Shown piece after piece: positions 27,239 to 36,549 of a DNA stretch of 44,944 nt. Every line of letters begins with the position of its first letter. The stretch's first letter is position 1. The translations under genes were made by a program, and so were the position numbers. The notes under the pieces were generated by a model, which did no database searches, had not been told where the DNA came from, and saw only the letters and a list, made by a program, of their open reading frames with translations. The stretch spans positions 1 to 44,944 of the forward strand of contig JACRKZ010000135.1 of NCBI GenBank assembly GCA_016235455.1, written 5' to 3'. Source of the DNA: Armatimonadota bacterium (lineage in GTDB: Bacteria > Armatimonadota > UBA10988).

Positions 27239-28240
27239 ATGGCGCCAGAGGCGTGCGACTGCAGCGCGACCGGTGTTCGACCGCGCACCAGGCCGGGTCG
27301 CTTGGCGATCTCGCTCACTGTGGCGATGCTGAGTAGCCTGGCCGTGTCAGGATGCAGCAACAGCGTTGCCATGTCCGTGACGTACGATGTGTCGAGCGAC
27401 GGCCGACACATTGTATTCACCGGCGGATCGGACGGCGGCAGGCGCCTGTACGACCTTGACCTGACCAACTACCAGGTCACACCGCTCACACGCAGCAAGG
27501 CGGATGAGTCTCACCCCGCCTTCGGGCCGGGCGACGATGGGATTGTCTTCAGCCGCAAGAGGTCTGGCCGTGGCGCGAACCGGGAGATCATCTGGTTCCG
27601 CGTCGCCGATGGCCACGAAGTGCGGCTCACGGACGGCCGGCATCGGGACTTCTATCCGCGTTGCTCAGCCGACGGCGCCGCTGTGGTCTTCATCCGCTAC
27701 CGCGAAGCCGATGAGCGGCCCGACAGAGCGGCCGGTTGGGACGTCTTCCAACTCGATCGGACTACGCTGGCGATCAAGCGCCTGACCGACTGCGTCTATC
27801 TGGACGCTGGATCGACAGGCTTCGTGGGCGACACACGCACCGTCGTCTACGACGCCACGGTCCGCGACAGGCACCACAGCGCTGATCTGTGGCTGGTCGA
27901 CCCAGGCGCCGAACCACGCCGGCTGAGCCGCGACGGCCGCAGCTGGCAGCCCTCGGTCGGCGCTGACGGCCGGCACATCGCCTACTCCAGCGCGGGCGGA
28001 CGCAAGAAACCGCAGATTTGGCTCGCCGCTCTCGCCGACGGCAGAGGCCACCGACTGACCGACGGCCGAAGCGCTCTGGAGCGACCCCGCCTGAACGTCG
28101 CGACGGCACGTATCTACTACCTCAGACGAGAACGACGGGGGCCAGAGCTGTGGCGCATGGCCATGGACGGCACGAGCCCTGAGCGCCTGGCTGGACCAGA
28201 CCTGTTCGTTGCGCCCGAGCGCTGGCGTCCTGGGCGGTAG
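27239..28240 (+). CDS. TolB-like PD40/WD40 beta-propeller lipoprotein
   Basis: Lipobox LAVSG-C. Repeated P-x-x-S-x-D-G-x-x-I-V-F/Y motifs (SSDGRHIVF, PRCSADGAAVVF, PSVGADGRHIAY). The start codon is uncertain. Confidence 0.75.
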   Translation: MAPEACDCSATGVRPRTRPGRLAISLTVAMLSSLAVSGCSNSVAMSVTYDVSSDGRHIVFTGGSDGGRRLYDLDLTNYQVTPLTRSKADESHPAFGPGDDGIVFSRKRSGRGANREIIWFRVADGHEVRLTDGRHRDFYPRCSADGAAVVFIRYREADERPDRAAGWDVFQLDRTTLAIKRLTDCVYLDAGSTGFVGDTRTVVYDATVRDRHHSADLWLVDPGAEPRRLSRDGRSWQPSVGADGRHIAYSSAGGRKKPQIWLAALADGRGHRLTDGRSALERPRLNVATARIYYLRRERRGPELWRMAMDGTSPERLAGPDLFVAPERWRPGR

Positions 28241-28375
28241 CCTAGAGCGCTACACCCTCGGCGGCCACACAAGCACGGCGGCGCCAGCGTCGCCGCTGAG
28301 GCAAAGCCCTGGCGAGCCGGCGGCGCACGGCCCAAAGCCGTGATCCTCAGAGAGCCAGCGCCGCCTCCGCCGACC

Positions 28376-28714
28376 CTACTTCCCCGGCAGCCACTTGCGC
28401 ATCAAGTACTGCTCCACCTGCCGCCGCGCCTCATCCGCCAAGGGCGCGGAGTAGATGAGCACCTCGCCCAGCCGGCCGCCGCCCACGTTGTAGCCGCGGT
28501 CGCGCAGGAAGTTGGAGGCCACCGCGCCGCTCGGCACGATGATCGAGGCCACCCGCGTGCCGGTCGACACGCGAGTGGTCGTGGCGTCGACCTTCTGGCC
28601 GTCCAGGTACAGCGTGCCACGCTGGCCCAGCGTCTGGCCCGACCAGAACCAGATCGCCGGCGGCTTCTCGTAGTCCGCCGGATGGAAGTCGCAGTGCTCC
28701 AGATCGCCGAGCAG
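28376..28714 (-). pseudogene. Out-of-frame C-terminal half of a LamG/concanavalin-like domain belonging to the upstream GH36-like gene
   Basis: Reads LLGD...DFH...LYLDG...GGGRLGEVLIYSAPLADEARRQVEQYLMRKW, a typical ending for this domain. It lies in a different frame from the domain's first half (FWVDA...VQLWKD...VDFGK). Confidence 0.65.
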
Positions 28715-30908
28715 ACTTGCCGAAATCGACCAGCCGCAGGCCGTTGACCTCGGCGCCGCCGGTGACCAGCACCGGCCGCGCGGGAGCGCTCCACTGCCGC
28801 GCGCGCGGGTGCGTGTCGCTGGGCGCCGTGTCGCGCGCGTCCTTCCACAGTTGCACATGGCCGGTGGCATCGGCGCCGACGTTCTGGTTGGCATCCACCC
28901 AGAAGGTCAGGCCCTGCCGCAGCGCCTCGGGCAGCTGCTGGTCGGCGCGTAGCGGCAGCGACGTGAGCTTGGGCACCACGGCCCGTGGCACCGCCGGCTC
29001 GGGCGTCAGCTTGGCCTTCGGCGTCTCCTCGATCCAGATGATCTCCGAGGCGTTGGCGCCGGTCATGCCGGTCACGTAGATACCGTTCGTCCGGAGCTGG
29101 GCGCCGGTGCGCACGCAATTGAGCGGCTTGCGGTCCTGGAAAGTCAGTGTATAGACGCCCTTGGGCTCCAGGCCCTTGAGCCGGATGACCCGGCTGTCGG
29201 GCACATCCTCGCCCGGCTTGAACAGGAACACCGAGCCCCGGCGGATATCGGGGTTGTAGAACTCCAGCCCGTCCCAGTTAGCGCCGTCAGCCATGGGCAG
29301 AATGTGGTAGACGTTGGCGCCGCGCAGAATGGGCCGCTGCTTGCGCTTGTACAGCGCAATGTGCTCGCGATAGAGCGGCGTGTCGAAGGCCCAGGTCAGG
29401 ATCGGCCCCATGATGGCCGAGCGGAAGAGCGTCGTCGGGTCGGGTCCGGCGCCGATGTCCGACTTGAGCTGCACGGGGTTGATGGCATAGCTGTTCGAGT
29501 AGTAGGTCGTGCGCGTCCGCCACGGGTTGTGGTCGTCGTCGTTCATCGTGCAGTAGGTCATGCGCCGACAGATGGCGAAGCCCTTGTAAGTGCCGCCATT
29601 GCAGCAGTTCTCGTAGCGGTAGCCGGGCCGGCTGGCGATGAGGCGGTCCTGGATGTGCAGGAAGTTCGTCACGCCCTCGTAGGTCTGCGGCATGGGTTCG
29701 CGCGGCGCGGTGTAGAGGTCGGTGCGCCACATGTCGAACCAGCCCTGGTCGTAGCGGCTGAGCACGGCCTCGAGCTCGGCATCGCGCCCGGCGATGGTGG
29801 TCAGGTCGACGTCGTTGTAAGTGCCGCCCATGTAGAGCGATGCCTTGAGGCCGGCGCGGTGCGCCTTGGCCGCGAAGTCGAAGCCGTTGGGCCAGACCTC
29901 ACGGTGGTACATCCAGTCGCGATTGGTGTACCAGCCCTGGCCCGAGCCGTCCCAGAAGTCCATCTTGACGCACTCGACGCCGGTGGCGGCCAGCCGGTCG
30001 TAGACGCTCTGGGGCGTGCCGCCGACCACGCCGGCGCTGCCGCTGGGCGTCGTGATGTCCTGCATGCAGACCTCGCTCCACGGCTCATCGGCGTGGTCGT
30101 GCAGGCTGCGCGTGATCTTGTGGTTCCAGAACCAGCGCTTGAAGCGGTTCGAGCCGTCGTCCAGATCCCCCTGGTAGGTGCCGTAGTAGACCGACGGCAC
30201 AAGGAACGTGGCGCCCGGCGCGCGCGTGACGTTCTCGGTGACCGGGTGGACCGCCACGCCGAACTCGCGCGGATTGGCGCCCGAGTTGACCCGGAACCCG
30301 CCTAACTCCCACTCGAAGCCGAAGTACGCGCCATGCTTCTCGCCGACGCCGAGCAGGATGAACGGGATGATCGAGTTGTCGGTGGCATACGCCGCGTTGG
30401 CGCCAATCTCGTCGACGAACACCTCGCCCACGCCGACATTGGTCTTCCGCGCGCGATGCAGTGTCACGGCGCCGTCGGCCCGCAACGCGACCTGAGCCGC
30501 CGCCAGCGTCGCCGGGAAGACCACATCGCCCGCCGAGCGGTTGACGACGGTGACCTCGTTCTCCACCGGCCCCGGCCCGGGCCAGGCGCGCCACACCGAG
30601 GTCAGCTCCAGCGCCGGCTCGGCGCTGTCGAAGCGAAGCGTCAGCACCTGGCCCTGCGTGCGGTCCTCGGCGGCGCCGCGGAAACGCCAGACCGCCGTGC
30701 CGACGGCCGGCAGGGGCACGCGCGTCGGCGCGGCCAGCCAGTTCCAGCGCTGCCCCGGGTGCCGCAGGCTGGTCACGGTGAGCGCCGCGTCGCGCAGGCC
30801 CAGGGTCAGTTCGGTGTCCGCGGTGGCCAGCGTCCAGGTCGTGGGTTGCGGCGCGGCCTGTGCGGCCACGGCCAGTGCGGCGAGCAGTGCCGAAGCCAGG
30901 GCGTTCAT
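28431..30908 (-). CDS. Secreted GH36-like alpha-galactosidase (melibiase-type), C-terminal accessory domain frameshifted near 28715
   Basis: Signal peptide. Motifs: GVECVKMD...GW, VWPNG...AHRAGLK, DMWRTD, YENCCNGG, and C-terminal IRLKGLEP..VYTL...TGAQL...GI. Translation becomes Arg/Gly/Pro-rich junk after VDFGK. Confidence 0.7.
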   Translation of the reverse strand: MNALASALLAALAVAAQAAPQPTTWTLATADTELTLGLRDAALTVTSLRHPGQRWNWLAAPTRVPLPAVGTAVWRFRGAAEDRTQGQVLTLRFDSAEPALELTSVWRAWPGPGPVENEVTVVNRSAGDVVFPATLAAAQVALRADGAVTLHRARKTNVGVGEVFVDEIGANAAYATDNSIIPFILLGVGEKHGAYFGFEWELGGFRVNSGANPREFGVAVHPVTENVTRAPGATFLVPSVYYGTYQGDLDDGSNRFKRWFWNHKITRSLHDHADEPWSEVCMQDITTPSGSAGVVGGTPQSVYDRLAATGVECVKMDFWDGSGQGWYTNRDWMYHREVWPNGFDFAAKAHRAGLKASLYMGGTYNDVDLTTIAGRDAELEAVLSRYDQGWFDMWRTDLYTAPREPMPQTYEGVTNFLHIQDRLIASRPGYRYENCCNGGTYKGFAICRRMTYCTMNDDDHNPWRTRTTYYSNSYAINPVQLKSDIGAGPDPTTLFRSAIMGPILTWAFDTPLYREHIALYKRKQRPILRGANVYHILPMADGANWDGLEFYNPDIRRGSVFLFKPGEDVPDSRVIRLKGLEPKGVYTLTFQDRKPLNCVRTGAQLRTNGIYVTGMTGANASEIIWIEETPKAKLTPEPAVPRAVVPKLTSLPLRADQQLPEALRQGLTFWVDANQNVGADATGHVQLWKDARDTAPSDTHPRARQWSAPARPVLVTGGAEVNGLRLVDFGKSARRSGALRLPSGGLREAAGDLVLVGPDAGPAWHAVPGRPEGRRHDHSRVDRHAGGLDHRAERRGGLQLPARPRLQRGRRPAGRGAHLLRALGG

Positions 30909-30910
30909 CG

Positions 30911-31972
30911 CTACTCCTTGGCCGGCGCGGCCACCAGATCGTATCGCGCCAGCTCACCCTCGACCGGCGGCACCTCGGCCGTCAGCGCGCGATCCCCGAC
31001 GGCGTCGTCGAGCGCGCGCCAGACCAGCAGCGAGGAGCCCAGGCGCTGCGCTGCCCAGTGGCGCACCTCGTCGAACCCGCCGTCGGAGGCCACCGTCAGC
31101 ACCACTTGCAGGCCGTCCACCCGCCAATGACCAGTGCCCAGCACGCGCGTACCGCGCTCGATCGTCAAGCGGCCGTCGGCACCGAAGGTCAGCGCGTGGG
31201 CCAGACCCGACGTACCGATCATCTGGAAACGGCCGAGCAGCAGCGGCGCCGCGGGCGGCTCCAGGTCACGGCGCCAGATGGCCTGGTCGGACAGGCACGG
31301 CGGCATCTCAGCCAGGTCGCCCGTGGGCTCGGGTCGGTCGTCGGGCATGCGGCGCAGCAGCAGAGTCCAGGCCCGGTTGCTCAGCCGCAGGCGAGCCGCC
31401 AGCCGCCGCGTCAGTCCGTCGGCCACGAGTTCGATCACGCCGGCTCGCCAGGTCGCATGGCCGCGCGCGATCAGCCCGCCCGGGCCGGTGTAGGTGAAGA
31501 AGCCGTCGGCGCCGAGGTCGAGCCGATCGACGCGGCCCGGCGCGCTCTCCAGGCGCCAGCCACCGGCCAGATCGGCGGCGCCGCGCACGCTGATCTCCGG
31601 CGGGTCGGGCACCCAGCCGGGCCGGCGCCAGATAACCGCGGGCATGCCCACGCGCGGCGCCATACGCGCCAGGTCGCCACTCATGGCGGCCGCCGGATCG
31701 GCCGCGGGCGCGGCCAACTCCAACCCCTCGTCGAGCAGCCGGCAGCCCAGCAGGCGCTCCGCGCTACGTGCGCGCAGACGCAGGCTGCCGTCGCTCAGCG
31801 TCATCTCGCCCGCCGCCGCGCCGGCGTCGTCACGCCACACGAAGCGACCGCCGGCGATGAGCTCGAGGACCTCGCTGGTGCCGTCGGCCCGACGATAGCG
31901 CCAGACACCAGACACCGACGGCTCCGCGGTCAGGGCCGACAGCGCGAACAGCACGACCAGGGCGCATCTCAT
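30911..31972 (-). CDS. Secreted hypothetical protein with three lipocalin-like beta-barrel repeats
   Basis: Signal peptide. Repeats begin VSGVW.., LAGGW.., LLGRF.., each followed by L-x-[LF]-x-A-[DG]-G-[RF]. ATGA overlap with the upstream gene. Confidence 0.6.
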   Translation of the reverse strand: MRCALVVLFALSALTAEPSVSGVWRYRRADGTSEVLELIAGGRFVWRDDAGAAAGEMTLSDGSLRLRARSAERLLGCRLLDEGLELAAPAADPAAAMSGDLARMAPRVGMPAVIWRRPGWVPDPPEISVRGAADLAGGWRLESAPGRVDRLDLGADGFFTYTGPGGLIARGHATWRAGVIELVADGLTRRLAARLRLSNRAWTLLLRRMPDDRPEPTGDLAEMPPCLSDQAIWRRDLEPPAAPLLLGRFQMIGTSGLAHALTFGADGRLTIERGTRVLGTGHWRVDGLQVVLTVASDGGFDEVRHWAAQRLGSSLLVWRALDDAVGDRALTAEVPPVEGELARYDLVAAPAKE

Positions 31973-34900
31973 GGCTGACCGATTCGCTCCAGCGCGCGCG
32001 CCACCTCCAGCCGCCGGGCCTCGATGGGCGCCGGGTCCCGCGTGAACGTCACGGCATCGGTGGTGATGGCCGCCGGCACCGTGAGCAGCGCCTCGTAGGG
32101 TGCCCGCTGCGCGGCCGGCAGCTTGGCCACGGCGCGCTTGAGCATGGCCAGGTACTCGTAGTCCTCGATGCCGTCGCGCAGCATCTCCCAGCGCTGGCTG
32201 TCCACCGGCCCGTCCAGCACCGTCGCGGCCGGGTTGGCGCCCGCCGCGAGCTCTGGCGGATAGACGAACCGGCCGTCGCCATTGCCCCAGGCCTGCTTGG
32301 TGCCGACCGCGGTGTCGTAGCCGCTGACCCAGCTCATGCAGTCCTCATACGGGTTCTGGCGCGTGGTGGGATAGGCGGACGGGCTGGTCCAGTAGGTGCT
32401 CTCCCAGACCAGGATGCCGCTGATGCGCCGCTGCCAGGTCTGCCACAGCCAGGTGCGCAGCTCCGTGCCGGGATGGTCGATGAACAACGTGCAGTAGGGC
32501 GCCTTGGGGCCGGTGCAGACATACCACCAGAACTGGTCGCCCGCCGCCATGCGCTGGTCGGCCGGCGCCTGCTTGAACTCGTTGCTGATCGGGCACCACA
32601 GGTTGGGCCCGCCCACCAACTCCGGCTCCACCTGCTCGGTCAACATGCGGCGGATGCCCGGCGCAGCCTGCTTCAGGCGCTTCATGCCGGCCATCACGAA
32701 CTCGTAGTCCTTGGGGTCCGGCTCGTCGAACCAGTAGGTATAGGTCTTGTCGAGCCAGCCCTTGGCCCGCAGATGGTCCTCGATGCCGCGCCAGTAGGCC
32801 GTGAACGCCGCCTCGAACTCCGGCGTGCCGGCGCGGAAACCCAGCAACTCGGGCTCCACACGGCTGAAGAACGTGCCGCCGCCCAGGCCCTGGACCGGCA
32901 CCGCCAGCCCCGTGAAGTGGTACTCGTCGAAAGCCTTGGCCAGCCCCTTGTCCCAGGCCGTGAAGTCGAACGTCGGCTTGAGATCCTCGGGCTTCATGCC
33001 GGCCTCGAAGTCGGCGGTCAGCAGCACCTTGCCGCCGGTCAACGCGGTGATGGCCAGATCGTCATACCAGGTGGTGCCCGTGGCCGCGCCCGTCTCGCTC
33101 CACAGCGTGGCCCACAACCCCACGGTGAACGCCTTGGCACCCTCGGGGAAGGTCGGAATGTCGCGCTCGAAGTGCTGCCAGGTGCCGTCACCAGTGAACG
33201 GCATGTCGTTGTTGCGGCCCGACATCCAGGCGTCGTTGGCGTCGCGATGCCCCAAGGTCACCAGCGCCTGCGCACCGGTGTCTTTGGTCTTGTACCAGAA
33301 CGACAGCTTCACGCCGCCCGCGGGGATGGCGATCGGCTGTTCGTAGTTGGCGGCGAACGTCTGGTTGGGGCTGGCGTCGACCACCTTGCGGCTGTACTGG
33401 CCACCATGCTTCTCGGCCGTGTCGCGTTCGCCGCCCTGCCACGAGCCGCCGCCCTTCCAGCTCACCTTCAGCCCGTCCAGCGGCGCGGGATTGTACGGCG
33501 AGATGTGGTGCTCGCTGTAGTTGCGCAGGTACTTGTCCAGCACCAGTCGCTGCTGCGCCGCGTCGGTCACCTTCTGGTAGTCAAAGGCATTCTGCGGCGA
33601 AAAGCCAAACGCCGTCTGGCAGGTCATGGTGTCGGGCAACGTGAAGCCGAACACCTCCACCTCCACCGGCACCGACGCCTGCCAGCCCTCGGCCGACAGC
33701 GCCACGGTGCCGCGGTAGACGCCCTTGGCCTGCGCGGCGGGCACTTTGACCCGCAACCAGAGCGGCTGGTTCGAGCCGCCTGGCAGATCCAGGCCAGCGC
33801 CCAACGGCGGCAGCGGATCGGGCCACATGCCCGGCGTGCCCGTGCCATCGGTCGGTTGCCGCACCTCCACGTAGCGCGCCCGCAGCACCTCCATGCGGTC
33901 CGCGGGCAGCGTGGCGCCGTTGGGGCCGCGCAGGACACCGGGCACCACCTTGAGGCCGCGCAGATCGCGCGTTGGCCGTATCACCAGTTGGGCGGCCTCG
34001 GCTTCGTTGCGCGCCGCGCGAATGGTCACCGCGCTGCCTTTGGCGGCAGGCAGCGGCCGGCCGCGGCTGACCTTCCAGCCGGAGCTGCACCACCACAGGC
34101 CGACCTGCTCGGTCGAGCCCGGGACCACCTCGCCATAGCCGCTGCGGTGCAACTCGGCCACGGACAGCGTGGTCTCCGCCTCGTAGCCGGCCGCGCTGCG
34201 CAGGCGCAACACCCAGGTCCCCGCGTCGGGCAGCTTGTAGGGCAGCGTCGCCCGCCGGCCGACAGCCAGCGCGGTGACCGGCGAGGTGTCGACCACGCGG
34301 CCGCGCTCGTCGCTCACTTCCGCCACCAGGCTGGCGCCCGCCGGGGCCTGCGCCACATCCACAGCCACGGCATTGCGCCCGCCGGGCAGACCCTCGCCGA
34401 GCGAGACCAGCTTGAGGTCCAGGCCCGGCGTCGTGCGCCGCACCGCGACGAACCGGGTCGCGCCGGACCAGTCCAGCGCTGGGCCGCTGACATTGGCGCG
34501 ATAGGTGTAGCCATGGACCTGCAACGAGCCGGGATCGCTGTTGGCGCCCACCTTCTGCTTGGCGCGCGCGGTCAGCCGCACCCACACCGCCTCGGTGGGC
34601 AAGAGGTCGGCCGGCACGTCGAACGACGCCGACTTGAGCGCGTCAAGCGTGCCCAGGTCGCGCCAGGTCTTGCCGTCGACACCCGCCTGCACCACCAACT
34701 CGCCGCCGGCGTACCAGCCGACGGTCACCTCGATCGTGGCCTTGGTCTGCAGCCGCTGCGGCAGTTGATGCCGGTAGACCACATCGCTGTCAGCACCAAA
34801 TGCCCAGCGGTTGGTGTTGTAGTAGCAGCGCTGATCGACCAGTGGCCGACTCTCGTTGCCCGACTCCCCGCCGTACGGCGCCGTGAACGAGTAAGCACTG

Positions 34901-35460
34901 CCTTGCAGTCGCTCGCCTTCGCCCAAGGCCAGCCCCGACTCGTGGGCCGCGTAGACCGGCTGGACCGGCGTCACCTCGACATTATCGAAGGCCAGCTGCC
35001 CATTGACCTGCCATTGGCCGAAGCGCAGCCACGACTCGTCGCGGCGCAGGTCGCGCGGCGTGCGGAACACCGACCCGTAGGTCTGCCAAGCCTCCGACAG
35101 CGTGCCACGATCGCAGTTGGCGAACACCGGTCCGCTGATGGCCGTGCCCCCCGAAGCGCCCAGACCGCGCCCCCGGAAGGCCACGCGGTAGACGCTGTTT
35201 GATTTCATCTCAAGCGGGTCAGATCGCCAGTAGTTACTGTCCTTGCCGTCGCCCTTCACCGTCACCGCGCGGCCGCCGCCATCGCCCGCTGTGTGACTGC
35301 CCTGACCGCCGGACAGGGCCCATCCGGCGGGCTGCGCGCCGCCCTGTTCAAAGCCACCGTTGGCCACCGCGACCGGCCGCGCCGACTCTTGGGCCCCCAC
35401 CCAGGCCGCCAGGCCGACCACCACCGCCAGCAACATCGCCACGCGCCGTCTTCGGTTCAT
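31969..35460 (-). CDS. Secreted GH123/DUF4091-like glycoside hydrolase with CBM4/9-like domains
   Basis: Start ATG 35460 (GGAG RBS, signal peptide). Motifs: NGGFE...GW, AARNEAEAAQL, NQPLWL.V.VP...G.Y.G, YWFDEP, WWYVC, GNGDGRFVYP, SQRWEMLRDGIEDYEYL. Confidence 0.75.
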   Translation of the reverse strand: MNRRRRVAMLLAVVVGLAAWVGAQESARPVAVANGGFEQGGAQPAGWALSGGQGSHTAGDGGGRAVTVKGDGKDSNYWRSDPLEMKSNSVYRVAFRGRGLGASGGTAISGPVFANCDRGTLSEAWQTYGSVFRTPRDLRRDESWLRFGQWQVNGQLAFDNVEVTPVQPVYAAHESGLALGEGERLQGSAYSFTAPYGGESGNESRPLVDQRCYYNTNRWAFGADSDVVYRHQLPQRLQTKATIEVTVGWYAGGELVVQAGVDGKTWRDLGTLDALKSASFDVPADLLPTEAVWVRLTARAKQKVGANSDPGSLQVHGYTYRANVSGPALDWSGATRFVAVRRTTPGLDLKLVSLGEGLPGGRNAVAVDVAQAPAGASLVAEVSDERGRVVDTSPVTALAVGRRATLPYKLPDAGTWVLRLRSAAGYEAETTLSVAELHRSGYGEVVPGSTEQVGLWWCSSGWKVSRGRPLPAAKGSAVTIRAARNEAEAAQLVIRPTRDLRGLKVVPGVLRGPNGATLPADRMEVLRARYVEVRQPTDGTGTPGMWPDPLPPLGAGLDLPGGSNQPLWLRVKVPAAQAKGVYRGTVALSAEGWQASVPVEVEVFGFTLPDTMTCQTAFGFSPQNAFDYQKVTDAAQQRLVLDKYLRNYSEHHISPYNPAPLDGLKVSWKGGGSWQGGERDTAEKHGGQYSRKVVDASPNQTFAANYEQPIAIPAGGVKLSFWYKTKDTGAQALVTLGHRDANDAWMSGRNNDMPFTGDGTWQHFERDIPTFPEGAKAFTVGLWATLWSETGAATGTTWYDDLAITALTGGKVLLTADFEAGMKPEDLKPTFDFTAWDKGLAKAFDEYHFTGLAVPVQGLGGGTFFSRVEPELLGFRAGTPEFEAAFTAYWRGIEDHLRAKGWLDKTYTYWFDEPDPKDYEFVMAGMKRLKQAAPGIRRMLTEQVEPELVGGPNLWCPISNEFKQAPADQRMAAGDQFWWYVCTGPKAPYCTLFIDHPGTELRTWLWQTWQRRISGILVWESTYWTSPSAYPTTRQNPYEDCMSWVSGYDTAVGTKQAWGNGDGRFVYPPELAAGANPAATVLDGPVDSQRWEMLRDGIEDYEYLAMLKRAVAKLPAAQRAPYEALLTVPAAITTDAVTFTRDPAPIEARRLEVARALERIGQP

Positions 35461-35721
35461 GCCAACCACTCCGATCACCCAAATGAGCCTATCAGACTCA
35501 CGTTGGCTGAAAACTACGGCGCACCTGCCCCGCGCCGAGGCAACAGATCGGCAACAAGATGGCTAGCGGGACGTAGCGGACGGCCCATTGAGACGGGAGC
35601 ACCATGAGGAAGCACTGGCGCCATAGCCAGTCTTGGCTACACTGTGGTAAGAACAGCAGGGCGGTAAGCGGTTGAGCGGAAGTTTCGGGCCGGCGGCCAA
35701 AATAGTGAAAAAGGGCCATAT

Positions 35722-35738
35722 CTGGCACGGCATTTGCA
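35722..35738 (+). promoter_or_regulatory. sigma54 (-24/-12) promoter
   Basis: CTGGCACGGCATTTGCA matches YTGGCACGRNNNTTGCW exactly. An A-rich tract (35699-35712) lies just upstream. Confidence 0.8.
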
Positions 35739-35778
35739 CCGGAGAGCAGCGACCCCGCGGATGGGCTGGAACGAGCGG

Positions 35779-36549
35779 ATGAAGCGATACGACACCAGAG
35801 CCGAGCGAGTTGAGCAGAACACCGCATCAGCGGCGCATCTGCATGTGGTTGAGGCCCCATTGGCGGTGGTTCTGCCGCGCGTCGGTGCCTATGCCATGGT
35901 CAAGCGCATGGTCGACCTCGTGGCGTCCTCGATCGCACTGCTCGCCCTGTGGCCGCTGTTCGTCGCGGTGGCCGTGGCCATCCGGTTGGACACCAAGGGT
36001 CCGGTGCTCTTCCGTCAGGTGCGCGTCGGCCGCAACCGGCGCGTGGCCGCCAAGGCGCTGCGGCGCTTTGAGAATGTCGTGCAACTCGATGTGCGGCGCG
36101 AGGACTGGCATGGCGAGTTGTTCACCATGTTCAAGTTCCGCACCATGCGCTCGGATGCCGAAGCCTCGACCGGCGCGGTGTGGGCCCAGGAAGGCGACCC
36201 CCGCGTCACGCGCGTCGGGCGCTTCCTGCGCGACACCCGGCTCGACGAACTGCCCCAGCTCATCAACGTCCTGCGCGGCGAGATGAGCCTCATCGGCCCG
36301 CGGCCCGAGCGCCCCGAGTTCGTGCGGCAGTTCGTTCATCAGATCGCCGGCTATGACCTGCGGCATGTGGTTACCCCCGGCATCACCGGGCTGAGCCAGG
36401 TGCGCCAGGGCTACGATCGTTGCCTGGATGACGTGCGACGCAAACTGTGCCATGATCTGGAGTACATCCGCAGCCGTTCGCTGTGGATGGACCTGTCCGT
36501 GGCGCTGCGCACGCTTGGGGTGATGATCGGCCATGTCGGAGCCCGCTGA
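35779..36549 (+). CDS. Sugar transferase (priming polyprenyl-phosphate hexose-1-P transferase, Bac_transf family)
   Basis: KRMVDL + one TM helix, GPVLFRQVRVG, FKFRTM..DAE, DPRVTRVGRFLR.TRLDELPQLINVLRGEMSLIGPRPERP, PGITGLSQV, DLEYI. Start could also be 35761. Confidence 0.9.
   Translation: MKRYDTRAERVEQNTASAAHLHVVEAPLAVVLPRVGAYAMVKRMVDLVASSIALLALWPLFVAVAVAIRLDTKGPVLFRQVRVGRNRRVAAKALRRFENVVQLDVRREDWHGELFTMFKFRTMRSDAEASTGAVWAQEGDPRVTRVGRFLRDTRLDELPQLINVLRGEMSLIGPRPERPEFVRQFVHQIAGYDLRHVVTPGITGLSQVRQGYDRCLDDVRRKLCHDLEYIRSRSLWMDLSVALRTLGVMIGHVGAR

Noticed and set aside
28700-28730. Programmed ribosomal frameshift in the GH36-like gene
   Set aside because: No slippery heptamer or homopolymer at the junction. 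A deletion or an assembly error is more likely.
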